A stretch of 32,000 bases of DNA, from positions 30,001 to 62,000 of the forward strand of contig JBHLRO010000008.1 of NCBI GenBank assembly GCA_048882505.1. The letters are read 5' to 3'. Of the stretch, positions 18,101 through 25,480 are shown in pieces. Position numbers and translations under genes: made by a program. The stretch's first letter is position 1; every line of letters begins with the position of its first letter. The notes under the pieces were generated by a model. It saw nothing but the letters and a program-made list of their open reading frames with translations, was not told the DNA's origin and ran no database searches. This stretch comes from Candidatus Thorarchaeota archaeon. Its GTDB lineage: Archaea > Asgardarchaeota > Heimdallarchaeia > Hodarchaeales > Hodarchaeaceae.

Positions 18101-20878
18101 AGAAGAAGTAAGTTCAGTATAGGTACCTATACTGTTCGGTCTAAATATAATGGATGAGCTACTGGCTACAACAGGCGATTCGTCCATATGATGGACTGCT
18201 AAATACTTTGATGGCCAGACTTGTTCAGGATTTTCCTGCTTTGGAAGCTCATTATTTCCATAATACATCGAGAATGGAGTATCCTCTGTATTAAATACCT
18301 CTGGCAGATTCACCCACGCCACAAGATGACCTTCAATACTGGTCTGCGTAAAACTATCGATTTCATGAGCTAATTTGGTGCCATCAGCACTAATAAATAA
18401 AATATCGTCTGCATCGGGTTGAACACGTCCAGTTTTTAATGCACTATCTGTTATATCCACCAATACTGGAAAGTCAATCAAATTCTGAAAAACTTTTGTA
18501 TTATTAACGAGTATGTCTTTCTTATAGTCAAATGAGGCATCTCTGAACCAAAAACCAAATTCTTCCTCTTCTCTTATGATATAAAAGCTGTTTGGATCAT
18601 ACTGATTGTTATATTCAGTAGCAATCCAATTAGCTGACCTTTTGAAGTTGGAAATACGAATTTCATCCATATAACCTCTATAGGTATCGCCCCAATATTG
18701 TTCACGACCAAATTGTAAAGGCTGATTGTTGGGAGTTATTGTCCCAGGTTTACTAGCCGAATATATTGAGGTTCCATTTGTATAAATCTCAACATAGGAT
18801 CCATCATAGGTTAAAACGACATACAACCAGACTTCTCTATTAACAGTCACACCAGAATCTACCGAAGAGGTAGTTACTCCTTCTAAGTTATATGTGATTT
18901 GATTAGAATTATTTATATACCAGATCGCATAAGGACTATTAGGAGCTTCATCCTTCGCTAATACAGGTAAGCTCCATTGAAAATAATCAGCTTTTGTCCA
19001 CACAGAGATGGTAAGATTTTGCGTAATATCTAAACTAGGACTATCAGCTATGCTAACAAAATCTTCAAACGCGTTGAAACCGACACTGCCATAAATCTGT
19101 CCTGACGCTCCTAGTTCAACTGTACCGTAATCTGTTCCATGATTATAATTACTGGTTGAGTCCTTAATAGCTAAACTACCCCCATTAGCTTCGCTTAGAT
19201 GCCAAACACCTGCATAATTACTATCCCAAACTCCCTCTGGATTTTGCTGAGGTCCCAGCGCGGCATTTCCGTAATACATTGAAATGGTTGTATTACTAGT
19301 TCCAGATAAATTAGGTACTTTTATCCAAGCAATCAAGCGAGCATGTGTTGAAGTATAAGTTTGATTGAAGAGCTCAATCTCATGATCAAGTTTTGTACCC
19401 AAAACATCGGCGAACGCGATATCGTCACCATCTACTTGAACCTTATCCGTACTGTGAAGATCGGTATCATAAAGATCTAATAATACTGGAAAATTAACTA
19501 AAGTGCCGCTCCCGCTAACTTGTGAAGCCAAGATTGTTACATTCTTACGGAATTTTAACATCGGAATAGCCCACTCCCCCTCACCTACATATTCTTCTTC
19601 GGTCCCAATTGAGTAGAATGTTGAGGGGTCTTTTTGATTGTTGTATTCAGTCTGTATCCATTCGAGTGAATGTATTTCATTGGAGACGCGGGGTTCATCT
19701 ATTGTTCCATTAACGGGGTAGAAAGAATTAGAAAAAACAAGACTGTTGGCAGTATCAACACTATCCACGAAATCAAAATTCTGAGCTGAAATGAATAAAC
19801 CATTTTTATAGATTCTAATATTATTGTCCAATCTGTTAGCTACACCAACAAGATAGGTCCAAGAACCATAAGGGATTGTTGGCCAGCCTGCTGCGGCTCC
19901 TCCATCAGCTGTTGTACCGTCATTATCTCCATCACAAACATAAAAAGCAGCGCTTTGGCCACTATTTATTTCTAATGTATAACCTTGGTTACCACTGCTT
20001 GTTCCTCCCTTATAAAGGGGCATTTGAAATGTCCCAGTGTATTCAATATTAATCCACGTACTAACTGTGAAATTACCAGTCCCAAAATCTAAGTGCCCGT
20101 CAATTGGGTCGCCTGCACTAACCGTTGTCCCTGAATTGCCATCGAAGTCATATGCATAACCAATTTGACCCAAGTTGCCTTGAGTCACTCCCCCATTCAA
20201 GTTTCCAGAGGTGGCGAAAGATGTGGAATCTCTAGCATTCCCACTTTTTTCCCCTAAATGCCATACACCGACGTAATTTTCTTCCCATACGGCAGTGGGG
20301 TTTTCTTGAGCTGCTGCTGCCGGATTTCCATAATACATGGATACGATAGTATTCTGCGTGCTAGAAAGATTCATTTTTACCCAGGCAACCAGATGAGAAT
20401 GAGTCCTATTGTAAACTCTTTCATAACTTTCAATTTCATGATCTAGGATATTTCCAGAGTTATCTGAAAACATTATATCATTTCCACTAGCCTGAGCATC
20501 TTGCTGTAAGTCTGGGTCATATAAATTTACTAGTACAGGAAAATTGGCAAGATCAGCAAGTACCTTAGAAGATTGAATAGTGATGTTTTTTCTGAACTCC
20601 CACCTAGTATCCGCCCATCCTGGTACAAAGTAATTCGATCGTTTTAGCCTGACAGATGTTGTATTGTTTAGAAGATTTGTTGAATCCTTGGTCAATTTCG
20701 GTATAGTTTTTTGAATGGCCTTCCTATTCATGTTCAACTTCCCTTCTCTTAAAAAATCTGCAATAAAATGATTTGAATCCAACAATTCTTCCTCTTGGAG
20801 GGGAATTGTAGATAGGATGATATTGATGGTCAAAATGCTGATTAAAAAAAATTTAACGACATAATGGGAGGAAAGCAA
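8567..20878 (-). CDS. Giant (4103 aa) single-pass cell-surface protein: signal peptide, 3x DUF2341+LamG-like modules, about 22 cadherin/Ig-like repeats, TM helix, cytoplasmic uDENN/longin-like domain
   Basis: Uninterrupted 12.3-kb ORF with a hydrophobic N-terminus (VVKFFLISILTINIILS). It has three 'RKNITI...NFPVL...D..F.D..G..L.HEIE...AWV...SMYYGN' modules, tandem ~95-100 aa N.AP...DxDxD.E...WYKNG...W...P.DG repeats, and a TM segment VALPIVIVVILVTVIAAIFGSLVYVKFI followed by RK and a 194-aa tail. Confidence 0.93.
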   Translation of the reverse strand: MLSSHYVVKFFLISILTINIILSTIPLQEEELLDSNHFIADFLREGKLNMNRKAIQKTIPKLTKDSTNLLNNTTSVRLKRSNYFVPGWADTRWEFRKNITIQSSKVLADLANFPVLVNLYDPDLQQDAQASGNDIMFSDNSGNILDHEIESYERVYNRTHSHLVAWVKMNLSSTQNTIVSMYYGNPAAAAQENPTAVWEENYVGVWHLGEKSGNARDSTSFATSGNLNGGVTQGNLGQIGYAYDFDGNSGTTVSAGDPIDGHLDFGTGNFTVSTWINIEYTGTFQMPLYKGGTSSGNQGYTLEINSGQSAAFYVCDGDNDGTTADGGAAAGWPTIPYGSWTYLVGVANRLDNNIRIYKNGLFISAQNFDFVDSVDTANSLVFSNSFYPVNGTIDEPRVSNEIHSLEWIQTEYNNQKDPSTFYSIGTEEEYVGEGEWAIPMLKFRKNVTILASQVSGSGTLVNFPVLLDLYDTDLHSTDKVQVDGDDIAFADVLGTKLDHEIELFNQTYTSTHARLIAWIKVPNLSGTSNTTISMYYGNAALGPQQNPEGVWDSNYAGVWHLSEANGGSLAIKDSTSNYNHGTDYGTVELGASGQIYGSVGFNAFEDFVSIADSPSLDITQNLTISVWTKADYFQWSLPVLAKDEAPNSPYAIWYINNSNQITYNLEGVTTSSVDSGVTVNREVWLYVVLTYDGSYVEIYTNGTSIYSASKPGTITPNNQPLQFGREQYWGDTYRGYMDEIRISNFKRSANWIATEYNNQYDPNSFYIIREEEEFGFWFRDASFDYKKDILVNNTKVFQNLIDFPVLVDITDSALKTGRVQPDADDILFISADGTKLAHEIDSFTQTSIEGHLVAWVNLPEVFNTEDTPFSMYYGNNELPKQENPEQVWPSKYLAVHHMDESPVVASSSSIIFRPNSIGTYTELTSSPAGNNWAMVDEENPDEDSTHVQWSTSSSSTQRRIDSYNFMDPINGLGRIDKVTIYVRASVDSIPMGTPKVRTFIRSYSTNYFGTDTSLTTAYQNYFTEYTESPYTGTTWTWEELNNLEIGVELGSSYSMVTKATQVWIKISYTPASVFDSTDNDADLSTVGSMSTADIVDAQISKGIDFDGIDDGLISVSTVTTTSFTISAWIKLEAVNPSYRSIVSIGEENGVDFRYMGLLDRVFIIDGGITYSFGSALTVGEWYYVMSSYNGANVRGIVNSQNQGSNSTSWGEISRNFLIGIWGDSGFYSDFFDGVIDEVRISNVPHSGGWIMTEYQNQLNPTSFYSIGPEIVIDKNPPVINDFGIDDPGKGVGKFWADVTDSTTNVKSVTIKINGTEYGMNFNGTHWTYQKSVTFLSSYEYQIVNASDYWNNYLQSPSGIKNHTFSIDTTDPNVDDWEYYPDTGEYGTFKTNVSDTWGVVDTVIVNVTEGTVPQGKRWAVMQSTPAGYINDTIIMDSGSIKFVITVNDTSGNSVTSGVHQGYVPIINHFPLAENLTLSRDSGSVLLPVYSNSTLYLDYDFYDKDGDSEGGTEIRWYKNGILQTAYNDIKQIPASALFKSDSWNATVKPKDGQEFGILNDTETVTVQNTAPTVFNAVISPVNPVTTSILSVNYNFNDYDGDSENIGNRQIYWYKDGVLQVNLNDSAFITSGNTTKNQQWHYEIKVNDGINNSNWMSSSSVIIYNSIPLVSNLAISPSNPKTDHNLIASYDYSDPNGDLESGTYIRWFKNGIEQSSYENQTTVPSSVTTKGENWYFTIRPSDGEDYGNQQQSAAVTIINTAPIVANLNITSSAPKTGENFEAFYDFSDNDSDLEIGSQIIWYKNGILQGVLNDTKIISSSYSAKGEEWHYKIKPSDGTDYGQWYSCLTNITIANTAPIASNLIITPNSPKTGDSLIASYDFSDIDSDSQSGSRIIWYKDGVLQGALNDSISVTSSSTNKGEKWHFKVRPNDGEDYGNWVSLGTNVTIGNTIPVANNLNLSPSSPVTGEDLVANYDYSDVDGDPEGLTEIRWYKNGVLQSNLNNSLMIQSGNTSKGEIWYFTIKPNDGGDFGILQQSSTVTVGNTPPTASSTTLLPGNPKTSDNLNVNYVYSDADADTESGTLIIWYKDGILQGALNNSNIVDSSYTTRGEEWHCKVRPSDGTVYGNWVESIVNATIGNSAPIASNVDILPGNPTTSDGLIISYTWTDADIGDLESGTQIRWYKNGVLQPELNNTMVIGSGNTTRSDEWHCRVHPSDGLDYGNWIPSLNNVTIGNTAPQVNSAKINESSPVADNSDLHVSYVYSDFDNDPQDNGSREIRWYKDGILVTSLNDSMIVGEGNTTVGDIWYFTIRVSDGYDHSSLQTSPSVSIQSIPNQIPVASNLNFTNSNPTTSDYLYINYTYSDGDGDPESGSMYYWYRNGIHLSQYDGLRNLSASSTLKGEQWHVKVQPRDGKDFGTVIGVSVNVTIGNTPPSAAGLEITPLNALTGNDLLASYIFSDTDSDIETGSEIIWYLDGVLQGALNGSSTIKAGNTTKGDVWHFKVHPKDGTDFGNWVSCPVNVTIGNTQPSTNNLAVTPNNAKTGDNLIASYDYFDVDGDLESGSYIRWFRNGLEEAAFENQTMVPGINTSKGQTWYFILIPKDGSNYGPERTSAAVTILNSAPSANNLAISPFNPQTTEPLTATYDWLDPDNATDSNSGSLIIWYKNGVLQGALNNSMTVDSGYTSKGDIWHFKVLPKDGVEFGNWASCLSNITVMNSAPVISDISITPTDPKTANDLSVVYTYTDVNSDPESGSDIIWYKDGVLQGILNNSQIVQAGNTTKGEVWHVKIRPSDGADFGNWVDSLSNITILNTKPSVNNLVISPSTPKTTDNLMLNYDYSDLDTDLEGMSYIRWYKNDIEQISLRNQTTVFSSEIAKGQSWYVTILPHDGTEYGILKISLSTTIGNTGPSANSLVFSPTIPKGGNILSVTYSYSDADSDLESGTIIRWYRNNVFLPSYNDKMVIDSGLIVKGDLWNVSIRVADGTEFGNWLNASVSITNSAPSVVSFTPEIYVPPTGIFTTNTLLAMWDDWDPDGDNITDYIIIWYQNLNPVPQLENLTQISSNFTTKNDNWRFYVNVFDGEDWSDPLGNPILWKYGTTTIANSEPFADNITLTGGSTTTDDVFLSYDFFDADGDPENSKIEWKIVHQGSVKTIEGITTLSNVEFTAGDLIWVVITPDDNDGGMLTGQPVDSSTLSGSNVIKLIGNTAPEINTTQGLPSILADHPYGTNVFTGIYPIYLNYSSLVVDIDSGESDFSFDVDFQLNPAVQYAAVTENIGAQYRWYKFNGTSSRWELQIELTSSVVNGYYLNKGERWMASIRPRDNYGFFGSWVNTSSIIIGNSYPEVHGFTWLTPKPTTSDDLQFLFDYFDWDGDPLDMTRTIFLWLKNGQIISGTENTSILSSQYFVKGDEIIVIIRPYDGTNWATGNFTSTSIFIVNSKPEITDIKLFPAVIDGANVLYLNWSYFDVDNDPEDSSHKINWFRNGENQSIWANSVMIPSGYLSNDDLWQAQLWVYDGSNYSIVAQIQIPVKVLSAQFSFDTQTSLVDPDIRVNEFLVEDENITVSFYFSEGNDAQDSRIQWFKLINGSWIEQASYENRTIICANDTVAGDQWYFTVTPYDRYTGFIWFQVTSNIISIESRPKMLNQAEEILVPLNDTEGHYQFNILTFDQLNDVIAVELLFNDSLVEIADKSSFNKDLWIAVLEISPDQLSMSLNKDLNVRIKIISSVNYFGNQFEIYSLYHFNFTVRDEVAPRVIDPYWVFDDNQNPTNLTFITGILEYGSNISEVLLYYYFKPVNASGNGGNGASMYQNGDYSYRMVEMAYHNTSIDGIPTYQVVVPFDHNGTSREIIYYIVTTDSTGNSIVAFDVLRDDPNSIQATAFTYNPPGVALPIVIVVILVTVIAAIFGSLVYVKFIRKPELVGLDKELVMSTLSEVNDREIGNSLDEHTIGVVISFFDQRHGPIPIIVEPEILRDNFAKLVDLSDRSFSGTGFCDTFNTEITSSYDFVLAHGTRAKVMSFGYALERPGARGGKEDLTANILIHQEFFPLVNQFLIKIQQQVKILHKLMNEDTDKTKVINKVRKLRSYVSQIIISYEKIYGDAAEFVEEEL
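9983..16483 (-). repeat. About 22 tandem ~95-100 aa cadherin-like/Ig-like repeats
   Basis: Counted by hand from NHFP (16483) to SNIISIE (9983). Nearly every unit has an N-x-x-P start, a DxDxD-x-E loop, WY[KR][ND]G, and W-x5-P-x-DG. Confidence 0.85.
17065..20617 (-). repeat. Three tandem DUF2341 + LamG/concanavalin-like modules (approx. 19580-20617, 18555-19573, 17065-18550)
   Basis: Repeated motifs FPVL, HEIE/HEID, MYYGN, ENP..VW...Y.GVWHL.E, DEPRVS/DEIRIS/DEVRIS and WI.TEY.NQ..P.SFY, read in the translation. Confidence 0.8.
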
Positions 20879-20911
20879 CTTCTCTCATACTCTTTAGATT
20901 TTCTAGAGGAT

Positions 20912-20926
20912 CTATAAAGTTTAATA
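20912..20926 (-). promoter_or_regulatory. Putative archaeal BRE/TATA promoter for the giant surface-protein gene
   Basis: The minus strand reads ATTAAAC-TTTATAG, ending about 34 nt upstream of the TTG at 20878, which fits a near-leaderless transcript. Confidence 0.4.
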
Positions 20927-22321
20927 TTGACACCAGAGCTTCAAATATATGTACTGCACCCCTCATCCTGAACAAAAAGTTCATTGAAACAGTGAATCCC
21001 ATTTAACTTGCGAAATATCGTTTTTTATAAATTTAGAACGAGGGAAGTTTCACAGATTATTGTAGCTACACTCTTCTGAGTGATTTGCCTGTAGATTCAC
21101 GATAGCCCGAAACTGAGATTTCTCATTTTCGAAGAGTTTACTTTTAATGGTGATCGACCATACAGAGCCACCATATTAAAGTAAAACTAGATATTCTCTT
21201 CGGTATTAATTCAAATTAACAACTGTGCTCATGATCCAGCGAAACCCTCTTTCAAGCCACCGATTACAGGTTAGAGTGGCCGAATATAACGTGGGTATCA
21301 ATTATTAACAGAGTTTCCGAACATCAACTAGTATATTTCGATTCGTCTTGATCTGTTGATTCCTACTGGCGAGCATTAACATCAAAAGATTGAATAGGTC
21401 CAGTCCTTGAAAGAGTGGGCGTCTCACAACTTCCTATCTGGATTCATTTAATTATACCGATGTTCCTTAGAAAATGGTTTCAACCTCACTTGGCATTATA
21501 GAAAGAAACTAGATAATCTAAATTCATAGAATCAACTTTTGAAGATTTAAGCGATCAAAGACGATTTATATAGCCAAAAAGGATTTGTATTTATGTTTGT
21601 ACCAAAACTCGATTAGTTTATATGAATATAAATGATGACGATTTTTTTCTTGGCACTCACCCTTTATCAGCGGTATATAACTTTCACCCAGAATACTCGT
21701 TCTTCCTTCTTCCGTTCCGTTTTTGTACATTCGTGCCTCTACAATATGCTTGGACTTGTTGTGATTGAGTAAGTGATAAATGGAGCTTAGTTTGGCTGGA
21801 GAAACAATACATGTTAGATTGGCGGTAAAAATTGTGATAAGAATAAGAGAATTTAAACACCAAATTCACAGGAAGAAGTCAAAACCACCCAAGGTTTTTA
21901 GAGTAGACCCCATCATGGACTACGTTTACCCTATGAAACAGATCAGGTTTGACTGCGATAAGAAGTTCGGTCTGGCGATCTGGTATAGCCAACTTGGCGT
22001 AAGATAGTTTGTCTAATGTGTGTCAATGGTATGAGTATCTAGTTTCCGATGATGTTGTACCTTTGGATAAGATATCACCATAATCCCGTAGGTTTTGTTG
22101 TTTGACTCCTTGTATGGCCGTTTGCCTTTAAAAAGAAATGAAAAAAACGCCGTTCTGGTTACCTTGTGTAGGTGCTAGGTATCCAGAATTCTATTAAAAG
22201 CAAGTTACGGTCTAAATTCCTTCCGTTTTTTCAAAACGATCGCCCAGTCCAGGCCGCTTTTCCTGGTTAAGCAAGGATTTGTTTTTAATTTCAGCATCAG
22301 AAAGCCAATAGACATCATTAA

Positions 22322-24394
22322 ATGGTCATTCTCGCCTGGAACGAGGTGGTACCACGATTGGCAATTAAGAGCGAAGATTTTGTAAAACTTAGATTTCCAA
22401 ACTTTCCAACTCTGTCACCAGATGGAAAAAAATTGGCATTTGCCGTGAAAACTATTGATGAATCTAAAAATCGGTACAAATCAGGTATTTATCTTAAAAC
22501 AAAAGGTCAAGAAGGAGTAATCCAGTTTACCTCGGGAGCATCAGTTGATACCAACCCACAATTCTCACCTGATGGTAAATACCTAGCCTTCCTTTCCTCC
22601 AGGGCTGAAAACGGAATGCAGCTTTATTGTATGCCTGCTGAAGGTGGAGAGGCTATTGGCGTCACAAACTTCCCGAAGGGCGTTGTCGGTTTTACCTGGA
22701 GTAATGATAGCTTGTCATTTCTCGTTTCGGCGCTAGTGAATCAGGAAGAACTCACCACTGTTTTGGATCCAGAAGAAAAGGCGCCTTCATTTGTATTAAA
22801 ACCAGCCGAATATAAAGCATACAAAGCAAAGAAGGAAGAGCTTAAAACGCTAAAAACGGACCCCCGAGTGATAACCGAGGGGTACAACAGAGAAGGTACA
22901 TCTTATCTTGAGGGAAGATTTCTCCAACCGTTTTTGGTAAAACTTCCCAGCTTTGATATTCTAAATAAGTCCAAGAGCTCAAGCAACGTAAGGCATATCG
23001 GTAAATTTGGGCATCATTATAGTTTAGGAACTTTTGGTCCAGGAGATAACAGCGTATATATTTCAAGGTCCAAGGAGGACCCCTCGATCTCCTTAATTCA
23101 AGAAATCTTTAAAATTAGTTGCGAAAATCCATCGAATGCTGAGCTAATTGGAGAAGCTTTTGGTTGGATAGAGAACTTTCAGTTGTCACCAGAAGGAGAT
23201 TATGTTTCGTTTGAAGCGATTAGAGAGGAAAAAATCGTATATGATGATGATCAAATATTCCTGGTGGACTTGAAAAGCCCCAGTACTCACAGCATTACAT
23301 GTATAACTGCGGATTACAATCGTTCCGCCATTCAATCACGATGGTTCGGGAATGATTCGCTTCTATTTCTCTCTCCCAGTAACGGAAAAATCAATATTCA
23401 TGAAATTAAAATCGAAGATAGAAGCACCACCAATATCGTTGGTGGAAACCGAAATATCTTATCTTTTGCTGTTTCAAAAAACAAAGCTCGAATCGCCTAC
23501 TCAGTTTCTCACGCAACGTTCCTAAATGACATTTTTTGGTGTAAAGGTGATGGATCCGATGAACAACGAATAACTAAGTCAAACGAGGAGTTCGTAAATG
23601 ATCGTACCATTGCTCAATATGAAGAGTTTCAGTATGAACGAGAGGGAACTACCTTCCAGGGATGGGTCTTATATCCAAGGGATCATAGCCGTAATGATAA
23701 ATTTCCCGTAGTGTTGGAGATTCATGGCGGACCTAATGCAATGTGGACGCCACACGAAATAACTTTATGGCACGAGTGGAATACTCTAGTATCGAATGGT
23801 TATGCAGTAGTGTTTTGCAATCCTCGAGGTTCAAATGGATATGGAATTGACTTCAGGGCGGCTGTATACAAAGATTGGGGCGAAACTCCCGGAAATGACA
23901 TTCTTAAGGGTTTAGATATGGCGCTAGAGCGCTACCCGTTTCTGGATGCAAATCGGATTGCTGTAACTGGTGGAAGTTATGGAGGCTATATGACTGCCTG
24001 GCTAGTAACTCATACCGATCGGTTCAAAGCTGCGATCAGTCAAAGGGGAGTCTACGAATTTGTGGCATTTGGTACCACTACCGACATTCCAATCTGGTTT
24101 GAAAAGCAAATGGAAGGAGAAGTGATAGAGCGATTTGCTGAGACTTGGAACCATTCGCCTGCAGCTCATATAAAGAATTTAAATACTCCTCTGTTAATTG
24201 TTCATTCTGATAATGATTTTCGTGTCCCAGTTGTGAACGCGGAACAGTTATTTTGGCTTGGGAAGCGATATAAAAAGAATATAGAATTCGTCCGCTACCC
24301 CCGAGATGGCCATGAACTTTCCAGAAGTGGTGAACCGCGTCACGTTATTGATCGAATAAATAGGATTCTCAATTGGATTAAGAAGTATACCTAG
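22322..24394 (+). CDS. S9-family serine peptidase (acylaminoacyl/dipeptidyl peptidase) with N-terminal beta-propeller
   Basis: PD40-like repeats (SPDGK), LEIHGGP, CNPRGSNGYG, nucleophile GGSYGG, HSDNDFRVP (Asp) and RYPRDGHELSR (His). Confidence 0.95.
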   Translation: MVILAWNEVVPRLAIKSEDFVKLRFPNFPTLSPDGKKLAFAVKTIDESKNRYKSGIYLKTKGQEGVIQFTSGASVDTNPQFSPDGKYLAFLSSRAENGMQLYCMPAEGGEAIGVTNFPKGVVGFTWSNDSLSFLVSALVNQEELTTVLDPEEKAPSFVLKPAEYKAYKAKKEELKTLKTDPRVITEGYNREGTSYLEGRFLQPFLVKLPSFDILNKSKSSSNVRHIGKFGHHYSLGTFGPGDNSVYISRSKEDPSISLIQEIFKISCENPSNAELIGEAFGWIENFQLSPEGDYVSFEAIREEKIVYDDDQIFLVDLKSPSTHSITCITADYNRSAIQSRWFGNDSLLFLSPSNGKINIHEIKIEDRSTTNIVGGNRNILSFAVSKNKARIAYSVSHATFLNDIFWCKGDGSDEQRITKSNEEFVNDRTIAQYEEFQYEREGTTFQGWVLYPRDHSRNDKFPVVLEIHGGPNAMWTPHEITLWHEWNTLVSNGYAVVFCNPRGSNGYGIDFRAAVYKDWGETPGNDILKGLDMALERYPFLDANRIAVTGGSYGGYMTAWLVTHTDRFKAAISQRGVYEFVAFGTTTDIPIWFEKQMEGEVIERFAETWNHSPAAHIKNLNTPLLIVHSDNDFRVPVVNAEQLFWLGKRYKKNIEFVRYPRDGHELSRSGEPRHVIDRINRILNWIKKYT

Positions 24395-24399
24395 TTACA

Positions 24400-24432
24400 A
24401 GGGATAACAATTATCCCTAATTTCTTTTCTCT
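24400..24432 (+). terminator. Stem-loop plus T-rich tract after the S9 peptidase (terminator-like, or operator of the next gene)
   Basis: agggataa(24400-24407)-caa-ttatccct(24411-24418) is a perfect 8-bp stem, followed by tttcttttctct. Confidence 0.5.
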
Positions 24433-24450
24433 GAATTAGGCGATCTAAAA

Positions 24451-25362
24451 ATGCCTTATGCTACACTCGAGGGCAAAGTTAAGATATATCACAAGTTCGA
24501 GAGGCTTGAAAATGACAGTATACCCGTAGTCTTTGTAAATGGATCAATCTTCAACCATCGGCAATGGTACTACTCCTATTTACCTGCCTTCCGTTCGTTG
24601 ACAAAAGATTCGTATTCCTATCTCCTATACGATTATCAAGGAATTGGAAAATCATCGCCAAGGACGGGGCAGTTCACGCTTCAGGGCCTGGCCGATGAGC
24701 TGTTAGGGTTGCTGGACTTTTTGGGAATTGAAAGGGTACACATCTTTGGAGTCTCCAAAGGAACGTTGGTTAGTCAGATTTTCACATCTCTTTACCCTGA
24801 TCGAGTTCAGACGGTCGGAGGATACGGTATCGTAAACTTACTTGGACCTCAGGAGGTCACTGTTAAAAAAATATTTCAGGATAGATTGAAGGATCTATTA
24901 ACATTAAGGGATATATTGAATGAAAGGATCGATCGATCTAATTTTCGAAGAGTAGTAAGAATATTGTATACGCCAGCAATTTTTCAAAAAACTTACAATC
25001 AATTGAATTACAAGGAAAAAATCATGAGCTGGATTTTGGAACGGAGGGCGTACAAGCTACTCGAGGGGACCCCCCTTGAAACTCTAGAGCTTCTATTTCG
25101 GTATTGGGCAGAGGATGTGTTATCGGAAGTAGGTTTTTACACATCTTGTCTTGAATCAATCGAAGAAACCCCCTTTTTGTTACTTAACGGAAACAAAGAT
25201 ATTGTGACTCCCTTGGTAAATGCCCGAGATCTTGAAGCACGTTTAAAAAGAGTTAAGCTGGTCGAATATGGGGGATTTGAACATATAAGTCCGAATATCA
25301 AGAAAAGTCAGGGTCGGACAGTTATGGCTGATTATGCTGGATTTCTTTCCCAATACGTCTAA
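24451..25362 (+). CDS. Alpha/beta-fold hydrolase
   Basis: VFVNG, LLYDYQGIGKSS, nucleophile elbow GVSKG, LLLNGNKDIVTP and the C-terminal His (FEHISP). Confidence 0.9.
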   Translation: MPYATLEGKVKIYHKFERLENDSIPVVFVNGSIFNHRQWYYSYLPAFRSLTKDSYSYLLYDYQGIGKSSPRTGQFTLQGLADELLGLLDFLGIERVHIFGVSKGTLVSQIFTSLYPDRVQTVGGYGIVNLLGPQEVTVKKIFQDRLKDLLTLRDILNERIDRSNFRRVVRILYTPAIFQKTYNQLNYKEKIMSWILERRAYKLLEGTPLETLELLFRYWAEDVLSEVGFYTSCLESIEETPFLLLNGNKDIVTPLVNARDLEARLKRVKLVEYGGFEHISPNIKKSQGRTVMADYAGFLSQYV

Positions 25363-25480
25363 TCAAGAGCTTCTATATACCTAATAGCCCTATAAAACAA
25401 AAACGCATTTGGAAGGGAACAATAAACCGTTTTCGAACCAAAAAAAAGAAGAAGAAATGTTTGAAGAGAAAAAACTTGCT

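Noticed and set aside
6685-20446. Small ORFs nested in yyaL, the thioesterase and the giant gene (6685, 7193, 7883, 9051, 9334, 11256, 12696, 13257, 17620, 20258)
   Set aside because: They are alternate-frame or antisense by-products of long coding sequences.
21245-21419. MITE or IS remnant defined by the 10-12 bp inverted repeat
   Set aside because: No target-site duplication and no recognisable transposase. One 10-bp inverted match in 1.4 kb of AT-rich DNA is plausible by chance.
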